Assembly (NCBI GenBank): GCA_963816395.1
Contig: CAWFKQ010000007.1
Coordinates: 415,929 to 479,928, forward strand
DNA length: 64,000 nucleotides
Source: an uncultured delta proteobacterium
Lineage (GTDB): Bacteria; Desulfobacterota; Desulfuromonadia; Desulfuromonadales; JACZKF01
Direction: 5' to 3'
This document shows positions 1-10,017 of this stretch, piece after piece. Both the position numbers and the translations under genes were made by a program. Below the pieces are notes generated by a model. It did not search any database. It was not told the origin of the DNA and worked only from the letters and a program-made list of their open reading frames with translations. How positions within the stretch are numbered: the first letter of the stretch is position 1; each line of letters begins with the position of its first letter.

Positions 1-71
1 CCGGCTGCCGCCAGGTAGTGGAAAAAGGGAGTGCAGTTGGCGTAGGTGATGTGACCGACGGTTAGATTCAT
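1..71 (-). CDS. N-terminus of a probable MqnA-family menaquinone (futalosine pathway) protein; runs off the window edge
   Basis: Manual translation MNLTVGHITYANCTPFFHYLAAA resembles the MqnA N-terminal GxIxYxNxxP pattern. The ATG overlaps the stop of the TolC gene (ATGA). Confidence 0.6.
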   Translation of the reverse strand, partial: MNLTVGHITYANCTPFFHYLAAA

Positions 72-1567
72 TCCGGATTCAGTAGCGGCTTCTGCCCTTC
101 CGGGGAGACTTCGCCGACCAGGCGGATTCCCTCGTGGTCGAGAAGCTGGCCGGTGGCCCGCAGGTAGGCCGTTATGGCCTGATTGTAATCGGCCAGGGCG
201 GCGATGTGGTCGGTGCGGGCGGAGGCCAGGTCCTCTTCCCCCTGAAGCACGTCGCGGGTGGTCGCCAGCCCCACCTCCTGGCGCTTGACCAGGGTATCCA
301 GACGCTCCTGGGCGAGGCGGCTGGCGAGTTCGGTAACTTCGATCTTCTTACTGTTTACTTCCAGATCGCGAATGGCGGTCCGGATCTCCTGCCCGATCTC
401 CTCCCGCAACTGCCCCAGCTGGGACTCCTGACTGCTGAGCAGCAGATTGGTCCGCAGCAGCTCGTTGCGGGCGGCGCGGTTGCCGAGCGGATAGGAGAAA
501 GTGAAGCCGACTTCCCAACTGCGTAGATCGGTCGTCCCCAGGTCGCTCACGGTGTCGCCGTAATCCCCCTCCAAGCCGGAATGCGCGTAATTGGCGGTCA
601 GGTTGAGTTCGGGCAGCAACTGATTTTTGGCGATCTTCCTGGACAGCTCGAGCCTTTCGATTTCCTGCAGGTTACGCATCAGATCGGCCCGCATGGCGAA
701 GGCGGCGCGCACCCCCTCTTCCTGGCTGACCTCGATCTGGGGGGCAGCGAGTGCCTCCGCGAACACTTCGACCTGATTCGGCAGATTGAGGAGCAGGGTG
801 AGTTGGTCGAGAGCGTTCTGGTAGGCGCGCTCGCTATCCAGCAAATCGCGCTCGCGCAGTTGTTTGCCGACTTCCGCTTCGAGAATTTCCACCGGCGCCA
901 GGACCCCGGCCCGCACCCGGGCCCGGTTCTCCTTCAGCACCTGCTCGGCAAGAGCGATGGAAGTGCGCCGGTAAGCGACCTCGTCCCGGTAGCGCAGCAC
1001 GTCGTAATAGGCGTTGCGCACGTCCGTCAGCAGCTGAAAGGCCTGCTGGCGCAGATCCTGGACGGCAATGTTGCGGTCATGGACCGCGAAGAGAATTTCC
1101 TGTTCGGTGACCGTCTTGCCAAAGCCGCGCAGCAGTGGCTGCACCAGGCTGAGCTGGGCGGTGCTGTTGTACTGCGGGTTGAAGAAAGGCTCTGGGTTAA
1201 TGTCATCGCGTTGGTTATCGAAGCTGAGGATGATATCGGCGCCGCTGGGGAGCAGTTGGGTCAGGGAAAAATTATAGCGGCGATACCGGGTCTGGAGCGT
1301 CTGCATGGTGGAAACAACGCCACCGAGGGCGAAAGGTCTCTTCGTCTCCCCCGCCGCCAGGTCGGCCTGCAGCACCGGGTCATAGATGCCGAAGCCGCGG
1401 CGCACCAGGGCGGCGGCAGCGCGGGTGGCGTAGGTCTGGGCCTGCAGGTTGAGATTGCGCTCGATGGCCAGGCGCTCGGCATCGCGGAGATCGACGACCT
1501 GGGCGGCGCCGGCCGAAGCAGCGAGCAGGAGTACAAGGGAGCAAAGGACAAAAAATCGCATAAACAT
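68..1567 (-). CDS. TolC-family outer membrane protein
   Basis: Signal peptide (MRFFVLCSLVLLLAASAGA), two OEP-type helical repeats, AGGAGG RBS at 1571-1576. Start is 1567 or 1561. Confidence 0.85.
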   Translation of the reverse strand: MFMRFFVLCSLVLLLAASAGAAQVVDLRDAERLAIERNLNLQAQTYATRAAAALVRRGFGIYDPVLQADLAAGETKRPFALGGVVSTMQTLQTRYRRYNFSLTQLLPSGADIILSFDNQRDDINPEPFFNPQYNSTAQLSLVQPLLRGFGKTVTEQEILFAVHDRNIAVQDLRQQAFQLLTDVRNAYYDVLRYRDEVAYRRTSIALAEQVLKENRARVRAGVLAPVEILEAEVGKQLRERDLLDSERAYQNALDQLTLLLNLPNQVEVFAEALAAPQIEVSQEEGVRAAFAMRADLMRNLQEIERLELSRKIAKNQLLPELNLTANYAHSGLEGDYGDTVSDLGTTDLRSWEVGFTFSYPLGNRAARNELLRTNLLLSSQESQLGQLREEIGQEIRTAIRDLEVNSKKIEVTELASRLAQERLDTLVKRQEVGLATTRDVLQGEEDLASARTDHIAALADYNQAITAYLRATGQLLDHEGIRLVGEVSPEGQKPLLNPE

Positions 1568-1662
1568 ATCCCTCCTGGGAGGGGCCGCAGGGCGGCCAAC
1601 AAAACTGGATACTTGTAGCATATCAGATGCCATAGCGCAATCCCACGCCCAAACGTTTCCGT

Positions 1663-2592
1663 TTACGCGGCTGGCGCCGATTCTCGCAGAAAAGTCAGCA
1701 ACGCTTCGAGGTCGCTGGGGACGGGTGATTCCAGGCTCAGCTCTTCGCCGGTAACCGGATGGCGCAGCTGCAGGCGCCAGGCGTGCAGCATCTGACGGGG
1801 AACCTGCCGACCTCGCACCGCCAGCGGTCCGCCGTAACGCCGGTCTCCCAACAGCGGGTGGCCCGCTTCGGCCAGGTGCACCCGAATCTGATGCGACCGG
1901 CCGGTCGGGATCTCAACCTCAAGCAGGGCAGCATCGGCGAATTCCTCAACCGGCCGGAAACGGGTGATCGCTTCCTTGCCGCCTCGCTCTACCGATTTCA
2001 TCCGATTGCCGGCCCGGCTGCGTGCCAGTTGCGAGCGGATTTCCCCGGCGCCAGGGTGCCCGGTGGCAAGAGCGAGGTAGGTCTTGCGCAGCCGGCCGCC
2101 GGCGACCGCCTCGGAAAGACCCCGATGGGCACGGGGATGAATGGAAAATATGAGGACACCGGAAGTCTCCCGATCCAGCCTCTGCACCATTCCGAGACTG
2201 GGTTGCTGCTGCGGCCGGAAGGGGTCGTGAAGGAAGGTGAGGAGCGCCTCGTATAAGGTTCCCCGATAGCGGGCCGGAGTCGGCTGAGTCTCGATGCCGG
2301 CCGGCTTGCAGACGGCGAGCAGATAGCGGTCCCGGTAGAGAATATCGCCAGCCGCCAACCGCCAGGGGTCGAGGGACCCGGTGTCGAGATAAATCTCCAC
2401 CAGTTCGCCTGCCCGGACGGGGTAGGAGCAGTGGCGCACCCGACGACCGCCGGCGTGCGCACCACCCAGATCGATGACGCGGCGCAGCAGGGTGCGGGAG
2501 AGTTCGACCGTACAGGCTGGGATGAATTGGTCAAGGCGCATCCCCGCCTGGTGTGAAGCCGGAACAAATCGGTAATGCCGCTGTTCAGCCAT
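1663..2592 (-). CDS. RluA/RluD-family RNA pseudouridine synthase
   Basis: S4-like N-terminus (RLDQF), KPAG, QRLDRETSG catalytic Asp motif, TGRSHQIRVH, GDRRYG. Confidence 0.92.
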   Translation of the reverse strand: MAEQRHYRFVPASHQAGMRLDQFIPACTVELSRTLLRRVIDLGGAHAGGRRVRHCSYPVRAGELVEIYLDTGSLDPWRLAAGDILYRDRYLLAVCKPAGIETQPTPARYRGTLYEALLTFLHDPFRPQQQPSLGMVQRLDRETSGVLIFSIHPRAHRGLSEAVAGGRLRKTYLALATGHPGAGEIRSQLARSRAGNRMKSVERGGKEAITRFRPVEEFADAALLEVEIPTGRSHQIRVHLAEAGHPLLGDRRYGGPLAVRGRQVPRQMLHAWRLQLRHPVTGEELSLESPVPSDLEALLTFLRESAPAA

Positions 2593-2606
2593 AAAAAGGT
2601 TTCCGC

Positions 2607-2634
2607 TTGACAGGTCCGTTCCGAATGCTAACAT
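2607..2634 (+). promoter_or_regulatory. Putative sigma70 promoter facing an unannotated region
   Basis: TTGACA at 2607-2612, 16 nt spacer, extended -10 TGcTAACAT ending at 2634. Confidence 0.5.
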
Positions 2635-3016
2635 TAAAAAAAATTGATGCCACTTAACAATCTCTGGAGTGACGGCCCCCGGGTTTGTCGCGAAGGCCAA
2701 CAGTCGGATCAGGGCTCCTTGGACAAGTCATGGTGAGCCAGCCCGCCGCGCAGCGGGACGCCTGAAGTGACCTGCAAAGGGCAAATACTCTTTCTCAGGC
2801 CAGGTGATCAGATAAACTCCGCCGGCACTCCAGAGCCCCACTTTCAGGAAATTGGCATTACCCGGCCCGGGACGATCGCCCTGCCTGAGGCTCAGTCCTC
2901 CCCGAGGTCGGATCCGAAAGATACGCTGCCGCGTCGGAACCGCCAGGAACTCGACCGGAGCCTTTGAGTAGGGTCGCTCAGGGCATTGTGGATCGCAGCC
3001 GTGTGGTGCCAATTGT

Positions 3017-3066
3017 AACAAGACAAAGGCCCCGTCGCATGACGGGGCCTTTGTCTTGTTTGTTTG
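3017..3066. terminator. Intrinsic terminator hairpin, probably bidirectional
   Basis: Long perfect inverted repeat AACAAGACAAAGGCCCCGTC-gcat-GACGGGGCCTTTGTCTTGTT just downstream of ihfB. Confidence 0.85.
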
Positions 3067-3089
3067 CCGTTGTGAACAAGCGCCTGGGT

Positions 3090-3374
3090 TCAGACTTCGG
3101 TATTGACCCTTTCCCGCAGCTCTTTACCCGTCTTGAAGAATGGGGTCCGTTTCGGCGGGATTTTGACCACATCGCCGCTTTTCGGGTTCCGCGCTTCGCG
3201 GCCGTCGCGCACGCGGATGCTGAAGGAGCCGAAGCCACGGATTTCAACCCTGCCGCCCTGAATCAGCGTATCACCGATGCTGTCGAAAATGGTGTTGACG
3301 ATCAGTTCGGCCTCTTTCTTGTTCAGGGATCCGCTGTGGAATGACAACCGTTCGATCAGTTCACTTTTAGTCAT
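3090..3374 (-). CDS. ihfB: Integration host factor subunit beta
   Basis: MTKSELIE start and RVEIRGFGSF...ARNPKSG...PFFKTGKELRERVN signature; lies downstream of rpsA. Confidence 0.93.
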   Translation of the reverse strand: MTKSELIERLSFHSGSLNKKEAELIVNTIFDSIGDTLIQGGRVEIRGFGSFSIRVRDGREARNPKSGDVVKIPPKRTPFFKTGKELRERVNTEV

Positions 3375-3385
3375 AGCAATTCCTC

Positions 3386-4270
3386 CTATTCAACACCAGA
3401 CCACAGGAACCGCAAGCCGGTGCCGGACTGCTCCCGCAGACCCCGCCGCAACCCGCTTAGCGTCTCATCGACCAGAAAATCCAATAACCCGCCCCTCTCC
3501 CGGGGCGGATAAACGACATTAGGTTCACCAGAGATGCCGCCCATCTCCGCGGCTATATCAATGGCATCCTGCAGATTCCCGAGTTCATCGACCAGACCGG
3601 CTGCCATGGCCTGCCGGCCGGTGAAAATGCGGCCATCGGCGAGGCTGCGCACCTTCGCCGGATCCAGGTTACGCCCTTCGCTGACGGCGGCGATGAACTG
3701 CTCATGCACATCATCGAGCATCTCCTGCAGAATCTTCCTGTCCGCCTCCGACAGAGGGCGGACCGGCGAACCGATATCCTTGTGTTCGCCGCTTTTTACT
3801 ACCTGGGTGCGAAGGCCGATTTTTTCCAGCAATCCCTGAACGTTGGGAAACTGCATGATGACGCCGATGCTGCCGGTAATCGTCCCGGGATTGGCCAGAA
3901 TGCGCCGGGCAGCCGCCGCTACATAGTAGCCGCCGGAGGCAGCAACCGACCCCATGGAGACGATTAACGGCTTCACCTGCGCCGTTTTCTTGACTTCTTC
4001 GTAGATCTCCTGGGAAGGCCCCACCCCGCCGCCTGGCGAATCGACCCGCAGCACAATCGCCTTGACTGCGGCATCATCACGGAAGCGGATCAGGTCATCA
4101 ATGGTATCCTTGGAGGAATCGATGATCCCTGTAATTTCAACAACTCCCACCTTATCGCCGAATGCGAATTCATGGCCGCTAAGGCGGGTGAGAACCAGCA
4201 CGATCCCCAGAAAAAAAAGGAAAATAACAGCGAGGATCACCAGAGCCAGCAGAATGGGATTTTTTTTCAT
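3386..4270 (-). CDS. sppA: Signal peptide peptidase SppA (36K type, S49)
   Basis: N-terminal TM helix; RVDSPGG, AASGGYY, TGSIGV and KSGEHKD motifs. Confidence 0.93.
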   Translation of the reverse strand: MKKNPILLALVILAVIFLFFLGIVLVLTRLSGHEFAFGDKVGVVEITGIIDSSKDTIDDLIRFRDDAAVKAIVLRVDSPGGGVGPSQEIYEEVKKTAQVKPLIVSMGSVAASGGYYVAAAARRILANPGTITGSIGVIMQFPNVQGLLEKIGLRTQVVKSGEHKDIGSPVRPLSEADRKILQEMLDDVHEQFIAAVSEGRNLDPAKVRSLADGRIFTGRQAMAAGLVDELGNLQDAIDIAAEMGGISGEPNVVYPPRERGGLLDFLVDETLSGLRRGLREQSGTGLRFLWSGVE

Positions 4271-4290
4271 TGGGGGCACAGGTAATCGAG

Positions 4291-4318
4291 GAGGCCCCCG
4301 CCCGAGGGCGGGGGCTCG
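4291..4318 (-). terminator. GC hairpin after rpsA
   Basis: Inverted repeat CCCCCGCCC-ga-GGGCGGGGG between the rpsA stop and sppA; weak U tract. Confidence 0.5.
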
Positions 4319-4332
4319 CTAGAACTGGAGAA

Positions 4333-6066
4333 TTATTCCTCGTCCTTATCGTTGCCGGCTTTCCCCATGGCACCCTGAAGCAGGTCCCCGAGATTGGAAG
4401 TGGCTTTTTTCTGTGCCCCCAGATAGGCGTCCACCTCGGCCTTTTCTTTCTGGTCGGCAAGGTGCTTGATTGACAGTGCGATCTTGCGCTCAGCGGTATC
4501 GACATGCAGAACCACCGCTTCCAGCTCGTCCCCGAGCTTGGCAAAGCTCTTGGGCGAATCGACCTTCTCCTTGCTGATCTCGGAAACGTGGATCAGCCCT
4601 TCGATACCCTCCTCAACCTCAAGGAATATACCGAAGTCGGTGACCGAGGTCACTTTGCCGTGAATGATGGTGCCGGGAGTGTAGCGCTGCGGGATGGACT
4701 GCCAGGGATCCTGCTGGAACTGCTTGATCCCGAGGGAGAAGCGCTCGTTTTCGCGGTCGATATTAAGTACGACCGCCTTGACGATGTCCCCCTTCTTGTA
4801 CAGTTCGGAGGGATGCTTGATCCGTTTGGTCCAGGAAAGATCGGAGATGTGCACCAAGCCGTCGATCCCTTCATCAACCCCGACAAAGATACCGAAGTCA
4901 GTGATGTTTTTGACCTGCCCCTCGATGATGGTGCCGATCGGGAACTTCTCCCCGATCACTTCCCAGGGATTGGTCTCCGCCTGTTTCAGGCCGAGGGAGA
5001 TGCGGCGATTGGGGATATCCAGGGCGAGCACCACCGAATCGACTTCATCGCCGATATTGAGGATCTTATTGGGATGCTTGACGCGCTTGGTCCAGCTCAT
5101 TTCGGAGACATGGATCAGACCTTCGACCCCTTCCTCCAGTTCGACGAAAGCGCCGTAGTCGGTGAGGCTGACCACCTTGCCGCGCACCCTGGATCCGACC
5201 GGGTATTTCTCCTCGACGTCGTGCCAGGGGTCGGGCGTGATCTGCTTCAGACCAAGAGAGACCCGTTCCCGCTCGCGGTCGAACTTCAGGACTTTGACCT
5301 TGATCTTGTCGCCCACCCCGAGAATGTCCGAGGGATGATTTACGCGGCCCCAGGACATATCGGTGATATGCAGCAGACCATCGATCCCGCCGAGGTCGAT
5401 GAAGCAGCCGTAATCGGTAAGGTTCTTGACCACCCCTTCGACTTCCTGTCCCTCGGAAAGGGTCTTGAGGGTATCTGACCGCAGGCTCTCCCGCTGCTCC
5501 TCCAGGAGCACCCGCCGGGAAAGAACGATATTGCCGCGCCGCTTGTTGAGCTTGATAATTTTGAATTGGAAGGTTTCGCCGAGCAGTTTGTCCAGATTGC
5601 GGACCGGCCGCAGGTCGACCTGGGAGCCGGGGAGGAAAGCATTGACGCCGATATCGACGGACAGGCCGCCCTTGATCCGGCTGACAATGCGCCCTTCAAC
5701 CACTGCGTCCTCTTCCAGAGCGTTCCAGATTTTCTGCCGGTCCGCCTTCTCCTTGGAGAGGCCGATCAGACCATTTTCATTTTCGCGGCGTTCGAAAAGG
5801 ACATCGACCCGGTCGCCGACCTTAACCTCTGCCTTGCCGGTTTCACCGGCGAATTCGCTGAGAGGGATCAGCCCCTCAGATTTATAACCGACATCGACAA
5901 TGACCGAATCCGGGTTGACCTGGACGATCGTCCCCTCGACCACATCGCCGACGTTCAACTCGCGGATGCTCTTCTCGAAAAGCTCGCTGAAGCTCTGCTC
6001 GTTTTCGCCGAACTCCGTTTCTTCAAGCTCGGGATCGTGTTGGATAGTTCCTTTGTCTTCAACCAT
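4333..6066 (-). CDS. rpsA: 30S ribosomal protein S1
   Basis: Six S1 repeats (e.g. DYGAFVELEEGVEGLIHVSEMSW). Confidence 0.97.
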   Translation of the reverse strand: MVEDKGTIQHDPELEETEFGENEQSFSELFEKSIRELNVGDVVEGTIVQVNPDSVIVDVGYKSEGLIPLSEFAGETGKAEVKVGDRVDVLFERRENENGLIGLSKEKADRQKIWNALEEDAVVEGRIVSRIKGGLSVDIGVNAFLPGSQVDLRPVRNLDKLLGETFQFKIIKLNKRRGNIVLSRRVLLEEQRESLRSDTLKTLSEGQEVEGVVKNLTDYGCFIDLGGIDGLLHITDMSWGRVNHPSDILGVGDKIKVKVLKFDRERERVSLGLKQITPDPWHDVEEKYPVGSRVRGKVVSLTDYGAFVELEEGVEGLIHVSEMSWTKRVKHPNKILNIGDEVDSVVLALDIPNRRISLGLKQAETNPWEVIGEKFPIGTIIEGQVKNITDFGIFVGVDEGIDGLVHISDLSWTKRIKHPSELYKKGDIVKAVVLNIDRENERFSLGIKQFQQDPWQSIPQRYTPGTIIHGKVTSVTDFGIFLEVEEGIEGLIHVSEISKEKVDSPKSFAKLGDELEAVVLHVDTAERKIALSIKHLADQKEKAEVDAYLGAQKKATSNLGDLLQGAMGKAGNDKDEE

Positions 6067-6166
6067 TAAGATGTTACCCCCTAGCGATTTTCTGTCGCCT
6101 GTCGACAGCATGGCGCCATGGCCATGAAGAAGGACCATAACATAAAGACTCTAAAAAAACAAACTC

Positions 6167-7006
6167 TTATTTGCCGATTTCGGTCAACTTCTCCACCACT
6201 TCCTCGATGATCCAGCGGGGCGTTGAGGCACCGGCGGTGACCCCTACGGTGGAGACGCCGCTGAACCAGGCGGGGTCGATCTGCCCGGCAGTTTCCACAT
6301 GATGGGTGCGCGGCTGGATGTCGGTGCATATCTGCGCCAGACGGGTGGTGTTGGCGCTGTTATAGCCGCCGACCACCAGCATCAGGTCGGCCTGGCGAGC
6401 GATCGTCCGCGCCTCGTTCTGGCGCACCATGGTAGCATCGCAGATAGTGTTGAAGACGCGCATCTCCTTGCTCTTGCCAAGGCATATCTCGACCACCTCG
6501 CGCAGGTTCTCCAGCGACTGGGTGGTCTGGGCCACTACCCCCATCCGCCGGCGGCGCGGGAGTCGTTCCGCCTGCCGGCGGTCGGCCACCACGAATACCT
6601 CGCCATCCTTGGCATAGGAGATGATGCCCTGCACTTCCGGGTGGTCTTTCTCCCCGACCAGGACCACCGCATACCCCTCTTGCCGCAGCAGGGCCGCGTA
6701 TTCCTGGGCCTTCTTGACGAAAGGGCAGGTGGCATCGACGATCTCCAGTTCGCGGGCGAAGATGGCCTCCAACTCCCCGGCGGTCACCCCGTGCGAGCGG
6801 ATGATCACCGCCCCGCCCGAGATATCTTCGACATTGCGGATTACCTCCACCCCTTTCTCTGCCAGTTTCTCCACCAACTGTGGGGAATGGATGATCGGCC
6901 CGAGGGAGCAGAGACGGGAATTCTGGTCGGCTGCCTCGAAGGCCATCTGGGTGGCCCGCTTAACGCCGAAGCAGAAGCCGGCGCTCTGAGCAAGTATGAT
7001 TTTCAT
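6167..7006 (-). CDS. ispH: 4-hydroxy-3-methylbut-2-enyl diphosphate reductase
   Basis: GFCFGV, DATCPFV and NTICDAT cysteine motifs; GVTAGASTP. Confidence 0.96.
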   Translation of the reverse strand: MKIILAQSAGFCFGVKRATQMAFEAADQNSRLCSLGPIIHSPQLVEKLAEKGVEVIRNVEDISGGAVIIRSHGVTAGELEAIFARELEIVDATCPFVKKAQEYAALLRQEGYAVVLVGEKDHPEVQGIISYAKDGEVFVVADRRQAERLPRRRRMGVVAQTTQSLENLREVVEICLGKSKEMRVFNTICDATMVRQNEARTIARQADLMLVVGGYNSANTTRLAQICTDIQPRTHHVETAGQIDPAWFSGVSTVGVTAGASTPRWIIEEVVEKLTEIGK

Positions 7007-7012
7007 ATTTCC

Positions 7013-7102
7013 AGGCTAGAGGCAAGGGGCAAGAGGGGATTATTCCGAGGTTCACGGGTTTGAGGCTTTTTCCTCTAGCCTCTGGCCTCTTGCCTCCTGC
7101 CT
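7013..7102. repeat. Inverted array of heptamers (AGGCTAG/AGGCAAG family)
   Basis: Left arm AGGCTAGAGGCAAGGGGCAAGAGG at 7013-7036; complementary right arm at 7072-7102 overlaps the cmk stop. Confidence 0.8.
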
Positions 7103-7755
7103 TCTACTATACGCAACATCTCGGTTAAAACTTCTTCAATCGACATCTTCGTCGAATCAATGACCACGGCGTCGGAGGCCTGGAGCAGGGGGGCATGCTC
7201 GCGGGCACTGTCGGCGGCATCACGTGCCTCGACTTCGGCAATGGTCTGTTCCAGGTCGACAGCCAGACCTTTCGCCCGCAGTTCCTCGTAGCGCCGCCGC
7301 CCCCGTTCCCGGGCGCTGGCGCGGAGAAAAAATTTCACTTCCGCCTGCGGAAAAACAACGGTGCCGATATCCCGGCCTTCGAGAACCACGCCGCCGCCCT
7401 CTCCCATCTGCCGCTGCCGGCGAACCATATCCTGCCGCACCGCCGGGCAGGCGGAGATGCGGGAGGTGAGCAGGCTGTTTTCCGGAGTACGGACGGCGGC
7501 GGAGACATCCTCGCCGTTCAGCAGAACCTGCTCGCCCTGACGGCCGCCGAAGGCGATGTCGAGATTCCGGCAGAGCCGCTCCAAGCCAACGGTATCCGCC
7601 GGGTCTATCCCCTCCCGGCTGGCGGCCAGGGCCACCGCCCGGTACATGGCGCCGGTATCGAGGTTGAGATATCCCAGCCGCTGGGCCAGCAGCTTGCTCA
7701 AAGTACTTTTACCGGCGCCCGAGGGGCCGTCGATGGCAATGATCAATTCGCGCAT
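7075..7755 (-). CDS. cmk: Cytidylate kinase
   Basis: IAIDGPSGAGKST P-loop, LDTGAMYRA, EGRDIGTVVFP. Confidence 0.97.
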   Translation of the reverse strand: MRELIIAIDGPSGAGKSTLSKLLAQRLGYLNLDTGAMYRAVALAASREGIDPADTVGLERLCRNLDIAFGGRQGEQVLLNGEDVSAAVRTPENSLLTSRISACPAVRQDMVRRQRQMGEGGGVVLEGRDIGTVVFPQAEVKFFLRASARERGRRRYEELRAKGLAVDLEQTIAEVEARDAADSAREHAPLLQASDAVVIDSTKMSIEEVLTEMLRIVEGRRQEARG

Positions 7756-7764
7756 GGTAAGTGC

Positions 7765-7796
7765 AGGTTCAAGGTTCAAGTCCAAGGTTCAAGGTA
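7765..7796. repeat. Short tandem heptamer run (AGGTTCA)
   Basis: AGGTTCA AGGTTCA AGTCCA AGGTTCA AGGT between aroA and cmk. Confidence 0.65.
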
Positions 7797-7801
7797 GGGG
7801 G

Positions 7802-9091
7802 TCAATGACTTATTTTTTCGAGCAGTTCCCAGAAATTGGGAAAGGAAGTGGCGGTGCAGGCGGTGTCCTCAATTTCCACCGAGGCGGCAGCGCGCAGGGC
7901 GGCCACGGCCAGGCTCATGGCAATCCGGTGATCGCCGCCGGAGCTGACGCGGCCGCCGGTGAGGCCATCGACGCCGTTGATAACCATGCCGTCCTCGCGG
8001 GCCTCCACCTGCGCCCCGAGACAGGTGAGACCGGTCGTCACGGCGGCGATCCGGTCGGTCTCCTTGACCCGCAGCTCGCGGGCATCGCGGATGACCGTCG
8101 TGCCTTCGGCGAAAGCGGCGGCGATGCCGATTACCGGCAACTCGTCAATGGCCCGCGGCACCACCGCGCCGCCGATCTCGGTCCCCTTCAGCGAACTGCT
8201 CTTCACCAGGATGTCGGCCACCGGTTCGCCAGCGATCTCCCGCTGATTCAACAGCTCGAGCGAGCCGCCCATCGCCTGGAGGATATCGATAATGCCGCTG
8301 CGCGTAGGATTCACTCCGACGTTGCGGACCAGCAACTCGGAACCGGGAACGATCAGGGCGGCCACCAGGAAAAAGGCGGCCGAGGAAATATCCCCGGGGA
8401 CAAAGACATCCCGACCCTGCAGGCGCGGGCGCCCGGAAACCGAGACCCCTCCGGCGAAAGGACGGACGTCGGCACCAAACCAGGCCAACATCCGCTCGCT
8501 GTGATCGCGCGACAGATGCGGCTCGCGTACGGTGGTCAGGCCGTCGGCGTAGAGGCCGGCCAGCAGAACGGCAGATTTGACCTGGGCGCTGGCGATCGGC
8601 GAGGTGTAATCGATGGGACGCAGCGCTCCCCCCTGAATAGCCAGTGGGGCCAGATCTCCCCCTCCCCGGCCGAGAATGCGTGCCCCCATGGCGGTCAGGG
8701 GATCGACCACCCGCTTCATCGGCCGGCGGCGCAGGTACTGATCCCCGGTAAGAACGGAGAAGAAGGACTGGCCGGCGAGCAGGCCGGTCATCAGGCGGAT
8801 GGTCGTTCCCGAATTGCCGCAATCGAGCACATCATCCGGCTCCGCCAGGCCGTTCAGCCCCCGCCCCTGAATCTTCAGCACTCCCCCCGCCAGATCCTCG
8901 ATGGCGACCCCCATGGCCCGAAAAGCCTTGAGCGTGGCGTGGTTGTCTTCCCCGTGCAGGAAACCGTGCACCACCGTCGTCCCTTCGGCCAGGGAGCCGA
9001 GCATGATCGAGCGGTGGGAAATCGATTTGTCGCCGGGGACAGCCACCTCCCCGCGCAGAGCACGGACGGGCCGGACGGTACGGGTTTCCAT
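7802..9091 (-). CDS. aroA: 3-phosphoshikimate 1-carboxyvinyltransferase
   Basis: PGDKSISHR, DCGNSGTT, ELRVKETDRI, DHRIAM motifs. Confidence 0.97.
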   Translation of the reverse strand: METRTVRPVRALRGEVAVPGDKSISHRSIMLGSLAEGTTVVHGFLHGEDNHATLKAFRAMGVAIEDLAGGVLKIQGRGLNGLAEPDDVLDCGNSGTTIRLMTGLLAGQSFFSVLTGDQYLRRRPMKRVVDPLTAMGARILGRGGGDLAPLAIQGGALRPIDYTSPIASAQVKSAVLLAGLYADGLTTVREPHLSRDHSERMLAWFGADVRPFAGGVSVSGRPRLQGRDVFVPGDISSAAFFLVAALIVPGSELLVRNVGVNPTRSGIIDILQAMGGSLELLNQREIAGEPVADILVKSSSLKGTEIGGAVVPRAIDELPVIGIAAAFAEGTTVIRDARELRVKETDRIAAVTTGLTCLGAQVEAREDGMVINGVDGLTGGRVSSGGDHRIAMSLAVAALRAAASVEIEDTACTATSFPNFWELLEKISH

Positions 9092-9131
9092 ACAGACCTC
9101 GTGAAGACTCGCTTCACCTCCTGCACCTGTC

Positions 9132-9995
9132 TCACAGGATAGCGTCCCGGCTCTCCTTGGAGCGCAGGAAAAATTCGAACAGGCGCCCGCCGTCGCCGCA
9201 GCGGATATCTTCTTTGAGTTCGCCGAAGAAAGTTTCAAAGCGCTCCATCATCTCCAGCAGGGCGTCACGGTTGGTGGCGGCGATGTCGCGCCACATGGTC
9301 GGATCGGAGGAGGCGATGCGCGTGAAATCGCGGAAACCGCCGGCCGAGTATTCGAGAATATTTTCCTCGTAGCGGTCATACGAGCCAACGGCGTTGACCA
9401 GTGAATAGGCAACCATATGGGGCAGATGACTGATTGCCGCCAAAATGCGATCGTGCTTCTCCACCTTCATCAGCACCACCTCGCTGCCGACGGTCTCCCA
9501 CATGCGCCGCACCAGGTCAAGGGCGCTCCCAGCAGTGTGATCGGTGGGGGTGAGGATGCAGCGACGATCCCGGTAAAGGCTGGCAAAGGCAGCCTCGGCG
9601 CCGCTTTTCTCGGTGCCGGCGATGGGATGGCCCGGAACGAAATGGATATCCTGGCGCAGCAGCGGCTCGATGGCACGCACCACCGCCCCCTTGACGCTGC
9701 CGCCGTCGGTAAGGATCGCCCCCGGCTTGAGATGGGGAATGATCGTGGCCGCCACCTCCGCCAGGGACAGCACCGGCGTGGCGAGAAAAATCAGGTCGGC
9801 CTCCCGGCATCCGGCGACGGCATCGAGGGAGATGCGGTCGATGACCCCCAGCTCGAGGGCTTTTTCCAGATTCGCCCGGCCTCGACCGACGCCGATTACT
9901 TCCCCCACCGCCCCCACTTCTTTCAGGGCCAGGGCCAGGGAGCCGCCAATCAGGCCGACACCGATAATTGCCAGTTTCGGAATATAAAAGCTCAT
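9132..9995 (-). CDS. tyrA: Prephenate/arogenate dehydrogenase
   Basis: GVGLIGGS Rossmann motif, TDGGSVK, GHPIAGTE, SHLPH, GGFRDFTRIA. Confidence 0.93.
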   Translation of the reverse strand: MSFYIPKLAIIGVGLIGGSLALALKEVGAVGEVIGVGRGRANLEKALELGVIDRISLDAVAGCREADLIFLATPVLSLAEVAATIIPHLKPGAILTDGGSVKGAVVRAIEPLLRQDIHFVPGHPIAGTEKSGAEAAFASLYRDRRCILTPTDHTAGSALDLVRRMWETVGSEVVLMKVEKHDRILAAISHLPHMVAYSLVNAVGSYDRYEENILEYSAGGFRDFTRIASSDPTMWRDIAATNRDALLEMMERFETFFGELKEDIRCGDGGRLFEFFLRSKESRDAIL

Positions 9996-10017
9996 GAATT
10001 TTAAATTCTGAATCCCT

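Noticed and set aside
7013..7102. Heptamer arrays as CRISPR remnants
   Set aside because: Units are 7 nt, degenerate and inverted, and no cas genes are present.
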